DNA from: Burkholderiales bacterium
GTDB lineage: Bacteria; Pseudomonadota; Gammaproteobacteria; Burkholderiales; JAEUOS01
Direction: 5' to 3'
Assembly (NCBI GenBank): GCA_043786185.1
Contig: JAYVWK010000434.1
Coordinates: 1-32,918 of the forward strand
Length of the DNA: 32,918 nt
In this document: one piece after another, positions 15,719 through 24,277 of the stretch
How positions within the stretch are numbered: position 1 is the stretch's first letter
How the letters are laid out: each line of letters starts with the position of its first letter
Notes under the pieces: generated by a model
Told to the model about the DNA's origin: nothing
Seen by the model: only the letters and a program-made list of their open reading frames with translations
The model's database searches: none
Translations under genes and position numbers: made by a program

Positions 15719-16708
15719 TTATTCAATAAGCTTTTCCGCGCTGATCAACACTGATTGCGGTATCGTGAGGCCCAGTGTCTGCGCGGTCTTGCGGTTGACG
15801 ATCAATTCAAACCGCGTGGGTTCTTCGACCGGCAGATCGGCAGGTTTGGCCCCCTTCAGAATCTTGTCCACATAAATGGCGGCGCGTCGGTAATTGTCGG
15901 CGTGGTCTGGCCCGTAGCTGAGCAGGCCGCCTGCGTGCGGGTACGCCCCTTCCCCGCCGATGGATGGCAGACGATACCTGACCGCAAGTTCGGCAATCTG
16001 GCGCCATTGCGCGATATACACCTGATCAACCGGCACGATCAGCGCTTCCACCTTCTTCTGCGCCAAGGTGGCGAACGCCACCTCGATTTCCGAGGCATTG
16101 CGCGCATCTGCGTGCAGAACCGCCAGCCGCAGCGTCCGGGCTGCCGACTCGATGGCCTTCAGTCTGGGCAGCAGCGCCGGGTTGTCAGGGTTGGTCATCA
16201 CGCCGACCAAGGCCAATTTTGGTCGCATGCTGGTCAGCAACTGCAGTAGTTTGGGGGCGGTTTCCACCGCATTTTCCGAGCGTCCGGTAATGTTGCCGCC
16301 AGGGCGCGCGAGACTCTTCACAAAACCACTCGCCAGAGGGTCGCCGGCCGAGGCGATCACGATCGGCACACTGGTGGTGGCCGCCTGCGCTGCCGCCGTG
16401 GGCAGCGTGCCTCCCGTCACGATGATGTCCACCTTCAACTGCACCAACTCTGCCGCCATCGCCGCCAGTCGCGCGGGTTGACCTTCCGCAAAGCGCCACT
16501 CAGTGTGCAGATTGCTCCCCTCGACATAGCCGAGCTCGCGCATGCCACGCAGGAAGGCCCCAAAAACGCCGGAATCCAGCGAGTCCGGACGCCGACGCAA
16601 TGTCAGCAGGCCAATGTGCCAGACCCGGGTCTTGGGTTGCGCCAGCGCGGCAAACGGCGCCAGCGACATGGCTCCCAGCGCTGCCACCAGTGTGCGGCGC
16701 TGGTTCAT
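15719..16708 (-). CDS. ABC transporter substrate-binding protein (ABC_sub_bind / PF04392-type), orphan
   Basis: Signal peptide followed by VWHIGLL..., RELGYVEGSNL..., KVDIIVTGGTLPTAAAQAATTSVPIVIASAGDPLASGFVKSLARPGGNITG, characteristic of this family. No permease or ATPase gene is adjacent. Confidence 0.85.
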   Translation of the reverse strand: MNQRRTLVAALGAMSLAPFAALAQPKTRVWHIGLLTLRRRPDSLDSGVFGAFLRGMRELGYVEGSNLHTEWRFAEGQPARLAAMAAELVQLKVDIIVTGGTLPTAAAQAATTSVPIVIASAGDPLASGFVKSLARPGGNITGRSENAVETAPKLLQLLTSMRPKLALVGVMTNPDNPALLPRLKAIESAARTLRLAVLHADARNASEIEVAFATLAQKKVEALIVPVDQVYIAQWRQIAELAVRYRLPSIGGEGAYPHAGGLLSYGPDHADNYRRAAIYVDKILKGAKPADLPVEEPTRFELIVNRKTAQTLGLTIPQSVLISAEKLIE

Positions 16709-16868
16709 GGCCTGCCTCCCTGCTGCCTGGTCATTTGATTGCCTTGTGGGTATGCGGCATCGGTTCAGGCGTAACCCCGAACCCCGTTGGCCGACTTGCC
16801 GTCTTGGTCGTCTTGGCCGTCAATCATCGAGGTTAACAACAAAGCGCACCGGCTGCTCGACTGGCAAG

Positions 16869-17765
16869 TTACCGGGCGCCCTGCCCCTTGATGTCTTGTC
16901 CATTCAGATCGCCCGCAGGTACGGGAGTTCGCACCAGCCGCTTGACCTTCCCGACCGGACGCTGCTTGTCGACCTGCTCGTTCAACACGTCGATGGTGAG
17001 CGGCCCCTTGTATGCAGCAAGCACCAGGTCGCGCATGCGCTCCAGGTGCGCGCGCCAGAAGCTCTCGACCACCGCCGGCACGCCGTTGCGCATCAGGGCC
17101 ACCGCCATCTCGCGACTCCTGATGCTCTCTTGCCGCAGCTTGTCGACACTGGCCCTGGTCGAAGTGCGTGCGGTCACGTCCTCGTGCTGGCGGCGGATGA
17201 TGTCGTAGATCAGCGAAGCCAGCAGATGAATGGTCTGGTTGCCGCAATGCCGCGTGATCAGCATCGAAAACTCGGCGCTCAGATCGGCATAGCGGATCAG
17301 GTCGTGCTGCGCGGCCTCGCGCGCGGCGGCGATGTTGGCCTCCAGCGCGGCGAATGCGTGCGGGTTGCCCTGGGCGGCCAGCATGCCGGCTGCCGGCGGC
17401 TCCAGGATGGTGCGCGCCAGCCATACGTCGGTGAGCGTGGTGCCGGCGATCTGCAGATACACCCCGACCTGGTTGGCCGCGGCACCGAGATCGATCTCGA
17501 TCACGCGCGCCCCGCCATGCTTGCCGCGGCTGATGCTGATCAGCGACTCCGACTCGAGAATCCGCAAGGCCTCGCGCATGGTCGGGCGCGAGATGGCGAA
17601 CTCGGCCTGCAGCACATTCTCCGGATGCAGCTTGTCGCCCGGTTTCAGGCGACCGGTGACGATCTGCCGGCGCAGTTCGGCCGCCACGTTCTCCGCGGCT
17701 TTGGGGCGCTTGGCTGGCGCGCTTGTCATCGGCGGCGGTCGCGCTGTCGTGCTGCTGCGTTTCAT
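16869..17765 (-). CDS. GntR-family transcriptional regulator, FadR (FCD) subfamily
   Basis: Winged-HTH segment LRRQIVTGRLKPGDKLHPENVLQAEFAISRPTMREALRILESESLISISRGKHGGARV plus an alpha-helical FCD-like C-terminal domain. Start moved to ATG 17765 (GGAGA 5 nt upstream). Confidence 0.85.
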   Translation of the reverse strand: MKRSSTTARPPPMTSAPAKRPKAAENVAAELRRQIVTGRLKPGDKLHPENVLQAEFAISRPTMREALRILESESLISISRGKHGGARVIEIDLGAAANQVGVYLQIAGTTLTDVWLARTILEPPAAGMLAAQGNPHAFAALEANIAAAREAAQHDLIRYADLSAEFSMLITRHCGNQTIHLLASLIYDIIRRQHEDVTARTSTRASVDKLRQESIRSREMAVALMRNGVPAVVESFWRAHLERMRDLVLAAYKGPLTIDVLNEQVDKQRPVGKVKRLVRTPVPAGDLNGQDIKGQGAR

Positions 17766-17804
17766 GTGTCTCCGGATTCGAAAAAGCGGTCGCGCGGGTA
17801 GCAC

Positions 17805-17855
17805 TTGACCTTGGATGCAGGATGCGATTAAATGGTTATACAAATAGAATGTCAA
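17805..17855. promoter_or_regulatory. divergent overlapping promoters with shared GTTATACAA element
   Basis: Plus strand: TTGACC (17805-17810), 17-nt spacer, TTAAAT (17828-17833), 1 nt, GTTATACAA (17835-17843). Minus strand: TTGACA (17855-17850), 17-nt spacer containing TTGTATAAC, TTTAAT (17832-17827), reading toward the GntR gene. Confidence 0.5.
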
Positions 17856-17921
17856 GCGCCGGCCCGCCATCAGGCGGGCAAATCATTGATTCGGTGCGGA
17901 TCCATCCACCAGGAGACAGCT

Positions 17922-18920
17922 ATGCGCAATCCATTTCGCGGCTCAACGACTCGCCTGGCCATGCTGACGACCGGGCTTGCATTCGCGCTCGCCGCCAGCG
18001 CCGCGCTTGCGCAATCCGGCCCGTTTCCGAACCGACCGCTGAAGATCATCGTGCCGTACTCGGCCGGTACCGGGAGCGACGTGCTGGCGCGCACCATCGG
18101 CCAGAACATCACCGAGAAGACCGGGCAGCCGGTGGTGATCGAAAACCGGGACGGCGGCGGCAGCCTGATCGGCACCATGGCAGCTGCCAAATCCGCACCC
18201 GACGGCTACACCATGTTGATCGCCGCCAACCCCTTCATCATCGTGCCGAGCCAGAACTCCAAGCCGCAATACGATCCGCTCAAGGATTTCGTGCCGATCG
18301 CCAAGGTCGCGGTGATTCCGCTGGTGCTGGCCGCCAATCCGCAAGCCCCGTTCACCAACATCCGCGAACTGCTGGCCTACGCGCGCGCCAATCCGGGCAA
18401 GCTGAGCTACGCCTCGTCCGGCGCCGGCACCATCAGCCAACAGGAAATGGAATTGTTCAAACAGGCGGCAGGGCTGGATATCGTCGAGGTACCGTACAAG
18501 AGCACGGCGCAGGCGATGACCGATACCATCGGCGGCCAGATCGCCCTGTTTCCGGTGGTGGTGCCGCTGGCATTGCCGCACCTGCGCTCCGGACGGGCGC
18601 GCGCGCTCGGCGTATTCGACACGCAACGTTCCCCGCTCTTGCCCGACGTGCCGCCGATGGCCGAGGAGATCCGCGTGGCCGGCTATACGCCAACGCCGGT
18701 CTGGTACGGTTTCCTGGCTCCGGCGGGTACACCGCGCGAGGCGGTGGCGACCCTGAACGAATTGATCCAGGGCGCGATGCGCTCGAACGAAGTCAAGGAA
18801 CGCCTGACCGGGCTGGGGGCACAACCAATCACCCGCACCAATGAGCAGTTCGAAGCCGACATGAAAAGCGAACTCGAAAAAGCCGGCCAGTTGGCGAAGA
18901 AGCTCGGCACTTTCAAGTAG
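17922..18920 (+). CDS. Bug/TctC-family substrate-binding protein
   Basis: Signal peptide MRNPFRGSTTRLAMLTTGLAFALAASAALA followed by FPNRPLKIIVPYSAGTGSD. Start moved to ATG 17922 (AGGAGA SD). Confidence 0.9.
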   Translation: MRNPFRGSTTRLAMLTTGLAFALAASAALAQSGPFPNRPLKIIVPYSAGTGSDVLARTIGQNITEKTGQPVVIENRDGGGSLIGTMAAAKSAPDGYTMLIAANPFIIVPSQNSKPQYDPLKDFVPIAKVAVIPLVLAANPQAPFTNIRELLAYARANPGKLSYASSGAGTISQQEMELFKQAAGLDIVEVPYKSTAQAMTDTIGGQIALFPVVVPLALPHLRSGRARALGVFDTQRSPLLPDVPPMAEEIRVAGYTPTPVWYGFLAPAGTPREAVATLNELIQGAMRSNEVKERLTGLGAQPITRTNEQFEADMKSELEKAGQLAKKLGTFK

Positions 18921-19027
18921 CGAGTCCGGCCTTAACCTGCCTCGCCTTCAAGCGATGGCCGTCCCGGCCGGCGCCATTGGCCAGGCGCCCGGTCCGATGT
19001 CACCTCCGAGCGTTCGCCAGCCGCAGC

Positions 19028-20683
19028 CTACAGCGACGCCAGCTTCTTGCGTTCGTGCTCGATCTGCCGCAGGCCCTTGCGGATGACCTTGCCGGTGGTG
19101 GTGGTGGGAATGGCGTCGTAAAATTCGATCTCACGCGGATATTCGTGGGCCGACAGGCGCGTGCGTACCAGGGTCTGCAGTTCCTGCGCCAGTTGCGCCG
19201 TCGGCGGGAAGCCCTCACGCAACTGCACGAAGGCCTTCACCACCTCACCGCGGATCGGATCGGGGCTGCCGACCGCGGCGGCCAGCGCCACCGCCGGGTG
19301 GCCGGTCAGACAGGCCTCGATTTCGCCCGGGCCGATGCGGTAAGCGCCACTGGAAATCACATCGTCCTTGCGCCCGACGTACCAGATGTAGGCATCGTCG
19401 TCCTTCTTTGCCAGGTCGCCGGTCAACAGCCAGTCGCCGCTGAATTTGTCACGCGTCGCGGCCTCGTCATTCCAGTAGCGCAGGAACATCGCAGGAATCG
19501 GGCGCTTGAGCGCGATCTCGCCAATCTCGCCGGCCGCCACCGGCTTGCCCTCGGCATCGAGCAGCGCGATCTCGTGGCCCGGAATCGGACGGCCCAGCGA
19601 ACCCGGCTTGATCGGCATGTAGTCGGTGCAGTTGCCGATGATCATCACTGCCTCGGTCTGGCCGAAAGCTTCGTGCGGCGTCGCCCCCAGAGCTTCGCGC
19701 GCCCAGCGGATCACGTCCTCGCCGACGGTCTCGCCGCCGGTGTGGATGGTGCGCAATTGCACGTCCCACTTCTCGCGCGGGTTGTCGATCAGGCGCATCA
19801 TCTTGAGCACGGTGGCCGGCAGGAACACGTTGCGGATCTTGTGCCGCGCCATCAACTCGAAAGCGCGCGCGGCGTCGAACTTGCGGCTGCGGTGCGCCAC
19901 CACCGTCACGCCGTAGTGCCAGCTTGGCAACAGCATGTCGAGCAGGCCGCCGGCCCAGGCCCAGTCGGCCGGGGTCCAGAAGCGGTCGCCAGGTTGCGGA
20001 AAGGCCTGGTGCACAAATTCCATCGAGGGCAGGCGCCCCAGCATGATGCGATGCGCATGCAGCGCGCCCTTGGGCGGCCCGGTGGTGCCGGAGGTGAAGA
20101 TCAGCAGCGCCGGATCCTCGGCAGCGGTCACGACCGGTTCGAACGCCTCGGACTCGCCGGCCAGAAGCAAGCGGTAGTCGAGCACACCATTAGCGCTGGC
20201 CGGGTCGGCGCTGATGATGTTGGCGAGTTCCGGATACTTTTTCCGCACTTCGAGCAGGCGATCGAGGCTTTGGGCATCGGTCAGCACCACCCGCACCCCG
20301 GCGCTGCGCAAGCGGTATTCCAGCGCGTCCGGGCCGAACAGGGTCGCCAGCGGCAGCACCACCGCACCGAGCTTGTAGATGGCGAGATGGGCGACGCCGG
20401 TCTCCGGCCGCTGCGACATCACGATGCCCACCCGATCGCCGCGCTGCACCGCAAGCCGCGTCAAGGCATGGGCCAGCTGATTGGAACGGGCGCGAAATTC
20501 GGCGAATGTGTGTTGGCTGACCTGCCCGTCTTCGTCCTCGTAGATCATCGCCAGACGCTGCGGGTCGTCGGCATGGCGATCGCAGATGTCGACGGCGATG
20601 TTGAAGTTGGCGGGAATGTCCCAGCGAAAGCGCGCGCACAGCTCTTCGTAGGTATTGCCGTCGGGCAGGGCTTTGTGGTTCAT
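19028..20683 (-). CDS. AMP-forming acyl-CoA synthetase / ligase
   Basis: AMP-binding signature LIFTSGTTGPPKGALHAH, plus later YWNDEAAT...GDWLLTGDLA and C-terminal ...PTTTTGKVIRKGL. Start moved to ATG 20683 (GAGGAGA SD). Confidence 0.9.
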   Translation of the reverse strand: MNHKALPDGNTYEELCARFRWDIPANFNIAVDICDRHADDPQRLAMIYEDEDGQVSQHTFAEFRARSNQLAHALTRLAVQRGDRVGIVMSQRPETGVAHLAIYKLGAVVLPLATLFGPDALEYRLRSAGVRVVLTDAQSLDRLLEVRKKYPELANIISADPASANGVLDYRLLLAGESEAFEPVVTAAEDPALLIFTSGTTGPPKGALHAHRIMLGRLPSMEFVHQAFPQPGDRFWTPADWAWAGGLLDMLLPSWHYGVTVVAHRSRKFDAARAFELMARHKIRNVFLPATVLKMMRLIDNPREKWDVQLRTIHTGGETVGEDVIRWAREALGATPHEAFGQTEAVMIIGNCTDYMPIKPGSLGRPIPGHEIALLDAEGKPVAAGEIGEIALKRPIPAMFLRYWNDEAATRDKFSGDWLLTGDLAKKDDDAYIWYVGRKDDVISSGAYRIGPGEIEACLTGHPAVALAAAVGSPDPIRGEVVKAFVQLREGFPPTAQLAQELQTLVRTRLSAHEYPREIEFYDAIPTTTTGKVIRKGLRQIEHERKKLASL

Positions 20684-20780
20684 CGCAGGTCTCCTCACAC
20701 ACATTTCCTGCCGCCGTGACCCGGAGTTTCGGCAGGCCGCCCCGAGGAGCGCCGGCCGCTCACCGCGCGGCAAAGGGATG

Positions 20781-20819
20781 TTGACTGATTTTTGTCATCG
20801 TATCATAATAGTTATACAA
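20781..20819 (+). promoter_or_regulatory. sigma70-type promoter of the large plus-strand operon with GTTATACAA element
   Basis: TTGACT (20781-20786), 17-nt spacer, CATAAT (20804-20809), 1 nt, GTTATACAA (20811-20819). Same architecture as at 17805-17843. Confidence 0.5.
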
Positions 20820-20851
20820 TTAAAACCTGCTGGCAGCCCGGAGCAACAAGC

Positions 20852-21976
20852 ATGAACTGGCCGACCGTGATCTACAACGAGGAGGTGATGCGCGAGGGCT
20901 TGGGCATCGAGGACGTGGCCATTCCTCTCACCGCCAAAGTAGAGTTTCTCGACGCGCTCTCCGAGACCGGATTGCAGCGCATTACCCTAGGCGCATTCGT
21001 AAGCCCGAAGTACGTGCCGCAGATGGCCTGCTTCGAAGAACTTCTCAAGACCTTCCGCCCGCGGCCAGGCGTGACCTACCTGCCCTACATTCACAACCCG
21101 AAGGCGCGCACGCTGGCGCTGCAATATGCGCCACCGCTGACGGTGGAAGAAGATGTGTTCAGGCTGTTCATCGACATTTGCGACATCCACCAGCGGCGCA
21201 ACGTCAATCGCTCGGTCGAGCAGATGATGGCTTCCTGGCCGGAGGCGATCGCGCTCGCGCGTGCGCGCGGCGTGACTCGTGCGCGCATCGGCGTCGGCTC
21301 GGCCTGGGGCTCCAACTTCATGGGCAAGTTCTCGCAGGAATTTCGCTTCTTCTTCCTGGAGCGGCAGATCGCCCTGCTTGCGGCCGCCGGCATCAGCGTC
21401 ATCGAGATCGGCCTGCACGATTCGCAAAGCTTTTGCCTGCCGCACGAGATGGAAGCGGATCTGGCGGAAGTCAAACGGCGCTGGCCGCAGGTCAGGCAGT
21501 TCCATTTCCACATGCACAATGCGCGCGGCATGGCGCTGCCTTCGCTGTATGCCGCGCTGCGCAGCCTCGATGCGCACGACACCGCCTTGATCGAAGGCAC
21601 GCTGGGCGGCATCGGTGGTGGGCAATTCGGCGGCAATGGCCGCGCCTGCGGAATGGTGGCCACCGAAGACCTGATGCATATGCTCGACGGCATGGGGATT
21701 GCAACCGGTGTCGACTTGGACCGCCTGATCGAATGTGTCTGGCACTTAGAAAAAATCATTGGCCGCGCTGCCTTCGGCAACGTCGCACGCGCCGGCCCGC
21801 GCCCAAGCCGGCCAGAGGCCTTCTATGACGCCAACATGCCGGCGGTGGAAAGCCTGGAAGCAGCCAGGCATTTCCGGCTTGGGCCAAGTGCCTACGCCAA
21901 TGCCGGCCCCAACCCGTGGAAGAACCCGATTTCCGGCCCCTACTATCAAGGCCTGCCGGACCACCTGAAGATCTAA
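20852..21976 (+). CDS. divergent HMGL-like / pyruvate carboxyltransferase-domain (DRE-TIM) protein
   Basis: EVMREGLGIE aligns with EVGxRDGxQ; HFHMHNARGMALPS aligns with HxHxTxG; GTLGGIGGGQFGGNGRACGMVATEDL aligns with GGLGGCPxAxGAxGNxxTEDL. Start moved to ATG 20852 (GGAG upstream); the track start lies inside the promoter. Confidence 0.8.
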   Translation: MNWPTVIYNEEVMREGLGIEDVAIPLTAKVEFLDALSETGLQRITLGAFVSPKYVPQMACFEELLKTFRPRPGVTYLPYIHNPKARTLALQYAPPLTVEEDVFRLFIDICDIHQRRNVNRSVEQMMASWPEAIALARARGVTRARIGVGSAWGSNFMGKFSQEFRFFFLERQIALLAAAGISVIEIGLHDSQSFCLPHEMEADLAEVKRRWPQVRQFHFHMHNARGMALPSLYAALRSLDAHDTALIEGTLGGIGGGQFGGNGRACGMVATEDLMHMLDGMGIATGVDLDRLIECVWHLEKIIGRAAFGNVARAGPRPSRPEAFYDANMPAVESLEAARHFRLGPSAYANAGPNPWKNPISGPYYQGLPDHLKI

Positions 21977-21992
21977 CCCAAGGAGCACGAGC

Positions 21993-23138
21993 ATGGATTT
22001 CAGCCTGACCGAGAATCAAATCATGATCCGCGATTCGGTGCGCAAGTACGCCGAGGCGGAACTGCTGCCCAACTACCAGCGCTGGGACAAGACCGGCGAG
22101 TGGTTGACCAAGGACTTCATGGACAAGCTGGTCGACATGGGCTTGTTGCGCCTGCGCCTGCCGGAAAAATACGGCGGCCAAGGTTACTCGTTTGTCGACT
22201 GCGGCATCGTGTGCGAGGAAATCGGCCGCTGCGACCACCAGATCCGCTACATCATCTCCAACGCCATCCACCTGGGCGAAATGGCCTCGTCGATGCACCC
22301 GGACCTGCAGGAGGAATGGATTCCGCGCATCGCCAACGGCGAAATGATGTCGCTCGCCTTCACCGAGCCGCGCGGCGGCGCCGACGCCGGCAACATCACC
22401 ACCAAGGCGGTGCGCGACGGCGACTTCTGGGTGATCAATGGCGCCAAGACCAGCATCACCTTCACCGGCGTGTCGAAAGTGGTGTTCGTCTCGGCACGCA
22501 CCGGCAAGCCCGGCCCCAAGGGCCTCTCGTTCTTCCTGGTGCCGACCGACACACCGGGCCTCACGACCACCAACTTCGAACGCATGGGACAAAAGCTCGA
22601 CCGCGGCGGCAGCATGTATTTCGACGATGTGCGCATCCCGGCGCACAACATGATCGGCAAGGAGAACGAAGGCTTCATCTGGGCCATGACCATCATCGGT
22701 TACAACCGCAATTTCGTGCCTCTGGCCTGCATCGGCGCGGCGATGAAGTCGCTTGAAGAGACCATTGCATACGTCAAGCAGCGCCAGGTGATGGGCCGCT
22801 CGCTTTCCAAGTGGCAGGGCGTCGCCAACGAACTGGCCACCGAAGCCACCAAGCTGGAGGCGGCGCGCCTGTTGTGCTATCGCGCCCTTTCGTTGAAGGA
22901 CAAGGGCTTGCGCCACGACGCCGAATCGTCGATGGCCAAGTGGTGGGGCGTGAAAACCGCCAACGAGGCGCTCTACACCTGCATGCGCCTGAACGGCCAC
23001 TACGGCTGGGCCAAGGATTTCCCGCACGAGCAACGGCTGCGCGATTGCCTCGGCATGGAATCGGCCGACGGCCCGCGTGAGGTGCATCTGGGCATCATCG
23101 CGCGCGACATCCTGGGCCGCGAATTCGCGCCGTTTTAG
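21993..23138 (+). CDS. acyl-CoA dehydrogenase
   Basis: 381 aa. Typical ACAD layout (MDFSLTENQIMIRDSVRKYAE..., FTEPRGGADAGNITTKA, ...ADGPREVHLGIIARDILG). Confidence 0.9.
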   Translation: MDFSLTENQIMIRDSVRKYAEAELLPNYQRWDKTGEWLTKDFMDKLVDMGLLRLRLPEKYGGQGYSFVDCGIVCEEIGRCDHQIRYIISNAIHLGEMASSMHPDLQEEWIPRIANGEMMSLAFTEPRGGADAGNITTKAVRDGDFWVINGAKTSITFTGVSKVVFVSARTGKPGPKGLSFFLVPTDTPGLTTTNFERMGQKLDRGGSMYFDDVRIPAHNMIGKENEGFIWAMTIIGYNRNFVPLACIGAAMKSLEETIAYVKQRQVMGRSLSKWQGVANELATEATKLEAARLLCYRALSLKDKGLRHDAESSMAKWWGVKTANEALYTCMRLNGHYGWAKDFPHEQRLRDCLGMESADGPREVHLGIIARDILGREFAPF

Positions 23139-23217
23139 AGTGTTTGTCCGCAGCAAAGCCGAGGTGTGGCAGTTGCCGCCCGGCCGGTGTGCCCCGTCCC
23201 GCTGGAAGGAGAATCGC

Positions 23218-24189
23218 ATGCATCTTTTTCGCCGTGCCATCGTGATCGCTGTCGCCACCGCAGGTCTGGCAGCCGCAGGCAATGCTTGCTCGCAACTCTA
23301 TCCCATGAAGCCGGTCAAGGTGATCGTGCCGTTTCCGCCCGGCCAGGGCACCGATGTGGCCACGCGGTTTCTGGCGGAGCGCCTCGGCAAGGCACTTGGA
23401 CACAATTTTCTCGTCGAGAACCGCCCCGGCGCCGGCGCCAGCCTGGGTACCGAAGCCTTGGCCAGGTCGCCGGCCGATGGCTACACCCTGGGCATCGGAA
23501 CGGCGGGCACGCACACCATGAATCCCTCGCTCTACCCGACGCTCGGGTATGACCCGGACCGCGATTTCGAGCCGATCATCCTGACCGGCATGCTGCCGCT
23601 GATGATCGCGGCCCACCCCGCCTTCCCCGCCAATTCGATCCAGGAACTGATCGCCCTGGCCCGCGCCAAACCGGACACCATCAACGTCGCCCTGCCGGCA
23701 CCGCCGCAGCGTGTCGCCTTCGAGTTGTTGCGACAGCAAGGCGGCGCGCCTCTATTCGGCGTGCCCTACAAAGGCTCGGCCACCGCCCTGCCGGAAGTCA
23801 TGAGCGGCCAGGTACCGCTGATCGTGGACAGCATCACGGCACTGCGCCCGCATGTCAACGCCGGCAAGCTCAAGGCATTGGGTGTCACTTCGCCCCAAGC
23901 CACCGACCTGATGCCGGGCGTGAAATCGGTTGCCGAGCAAGGCCTGCCCGGATTCGAGCTGACCGCCTGGAATGCCTTCTTCGCACCCAGGGGCACGCCG
24001 CAGGCGATTGTGATGTCGCTCAACGCGGAGGTGCGCAAGATTCTCGCCGAACCCGACACGCGCCAGCGCTTGATGGCGCTCGGCTTCGAAGTGGCGGGCG
24101 GCACGCCGCAAGAACTTGCGGAGCGGGTACGCAGCGAACGTGAAAAATGGAGCCGCATCATCCGCGCGGCGCGGATCACGGCGGATTAA
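23218..24189 (+). CDS. Bug/TctC-family substrate-binding protein
   Basis: Signal peptide MHLFRRAIVIAVATAGLAAAGNA followed by YPMKPVKVIVPFPPGQGTD. Start moved to ATG 23218 (GGAAGGAGA SD). Confidence 0.9.
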   Translation: MHLFRRAIVIAVATAGLAAAGNACSQLYPMKPVKVIVPFPPGQGTDVATRFLAERLGKALGHNFLVENRPGAGASLGTEALARSPADGYTLGIGTAGTHTMNPSLYPTLGYDPDRDFEPIILTGMLPLMIAAHPAFPANSIQELIALARAKPDTINVALPAPPQRVAFELLRQQGGAPLFGVPYKGSATALPEVMSGQVPLIVDSITALRPHVNAGKLKALGVTSPQATDLMPGVKSVAEQGLPGFELTAWNAFFAPRGTPQAIVMSLNAEVRKILAEPDTRQRLMALGFEVAGGTPQELAERVRSEREKWSRIIRAARITAD

Positions 24190-24277
24190 TGCGAAGAGGA
24201 CCGTCATCGTGCGCCCGGCGGCCAACAGCCAAGCCGCCTCATGCAATGCAGCGCCGCTACATCAGGATGCCAGTACC

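Noticed and set aside
18977-20719. 580-aa plus-strand ORF covering the whole acyl-CoA synthetase gene. Similar long antisense ORFs occur at 6780..7805, 12869..13933, 16542..17801, 21756..23282, 24311..25615, 25861..26799, 27262..28668 and 29817..31103.
   Set aside because: They are shadow ORFs of the kind expected opposite real genes in high-GC DNA. Composition is Arg/Ala/Gly/His/Pro-rich and low-complexity, with no recognisable motifs. Each is fully overlapped by a gene with clear family signatures on the other strand.
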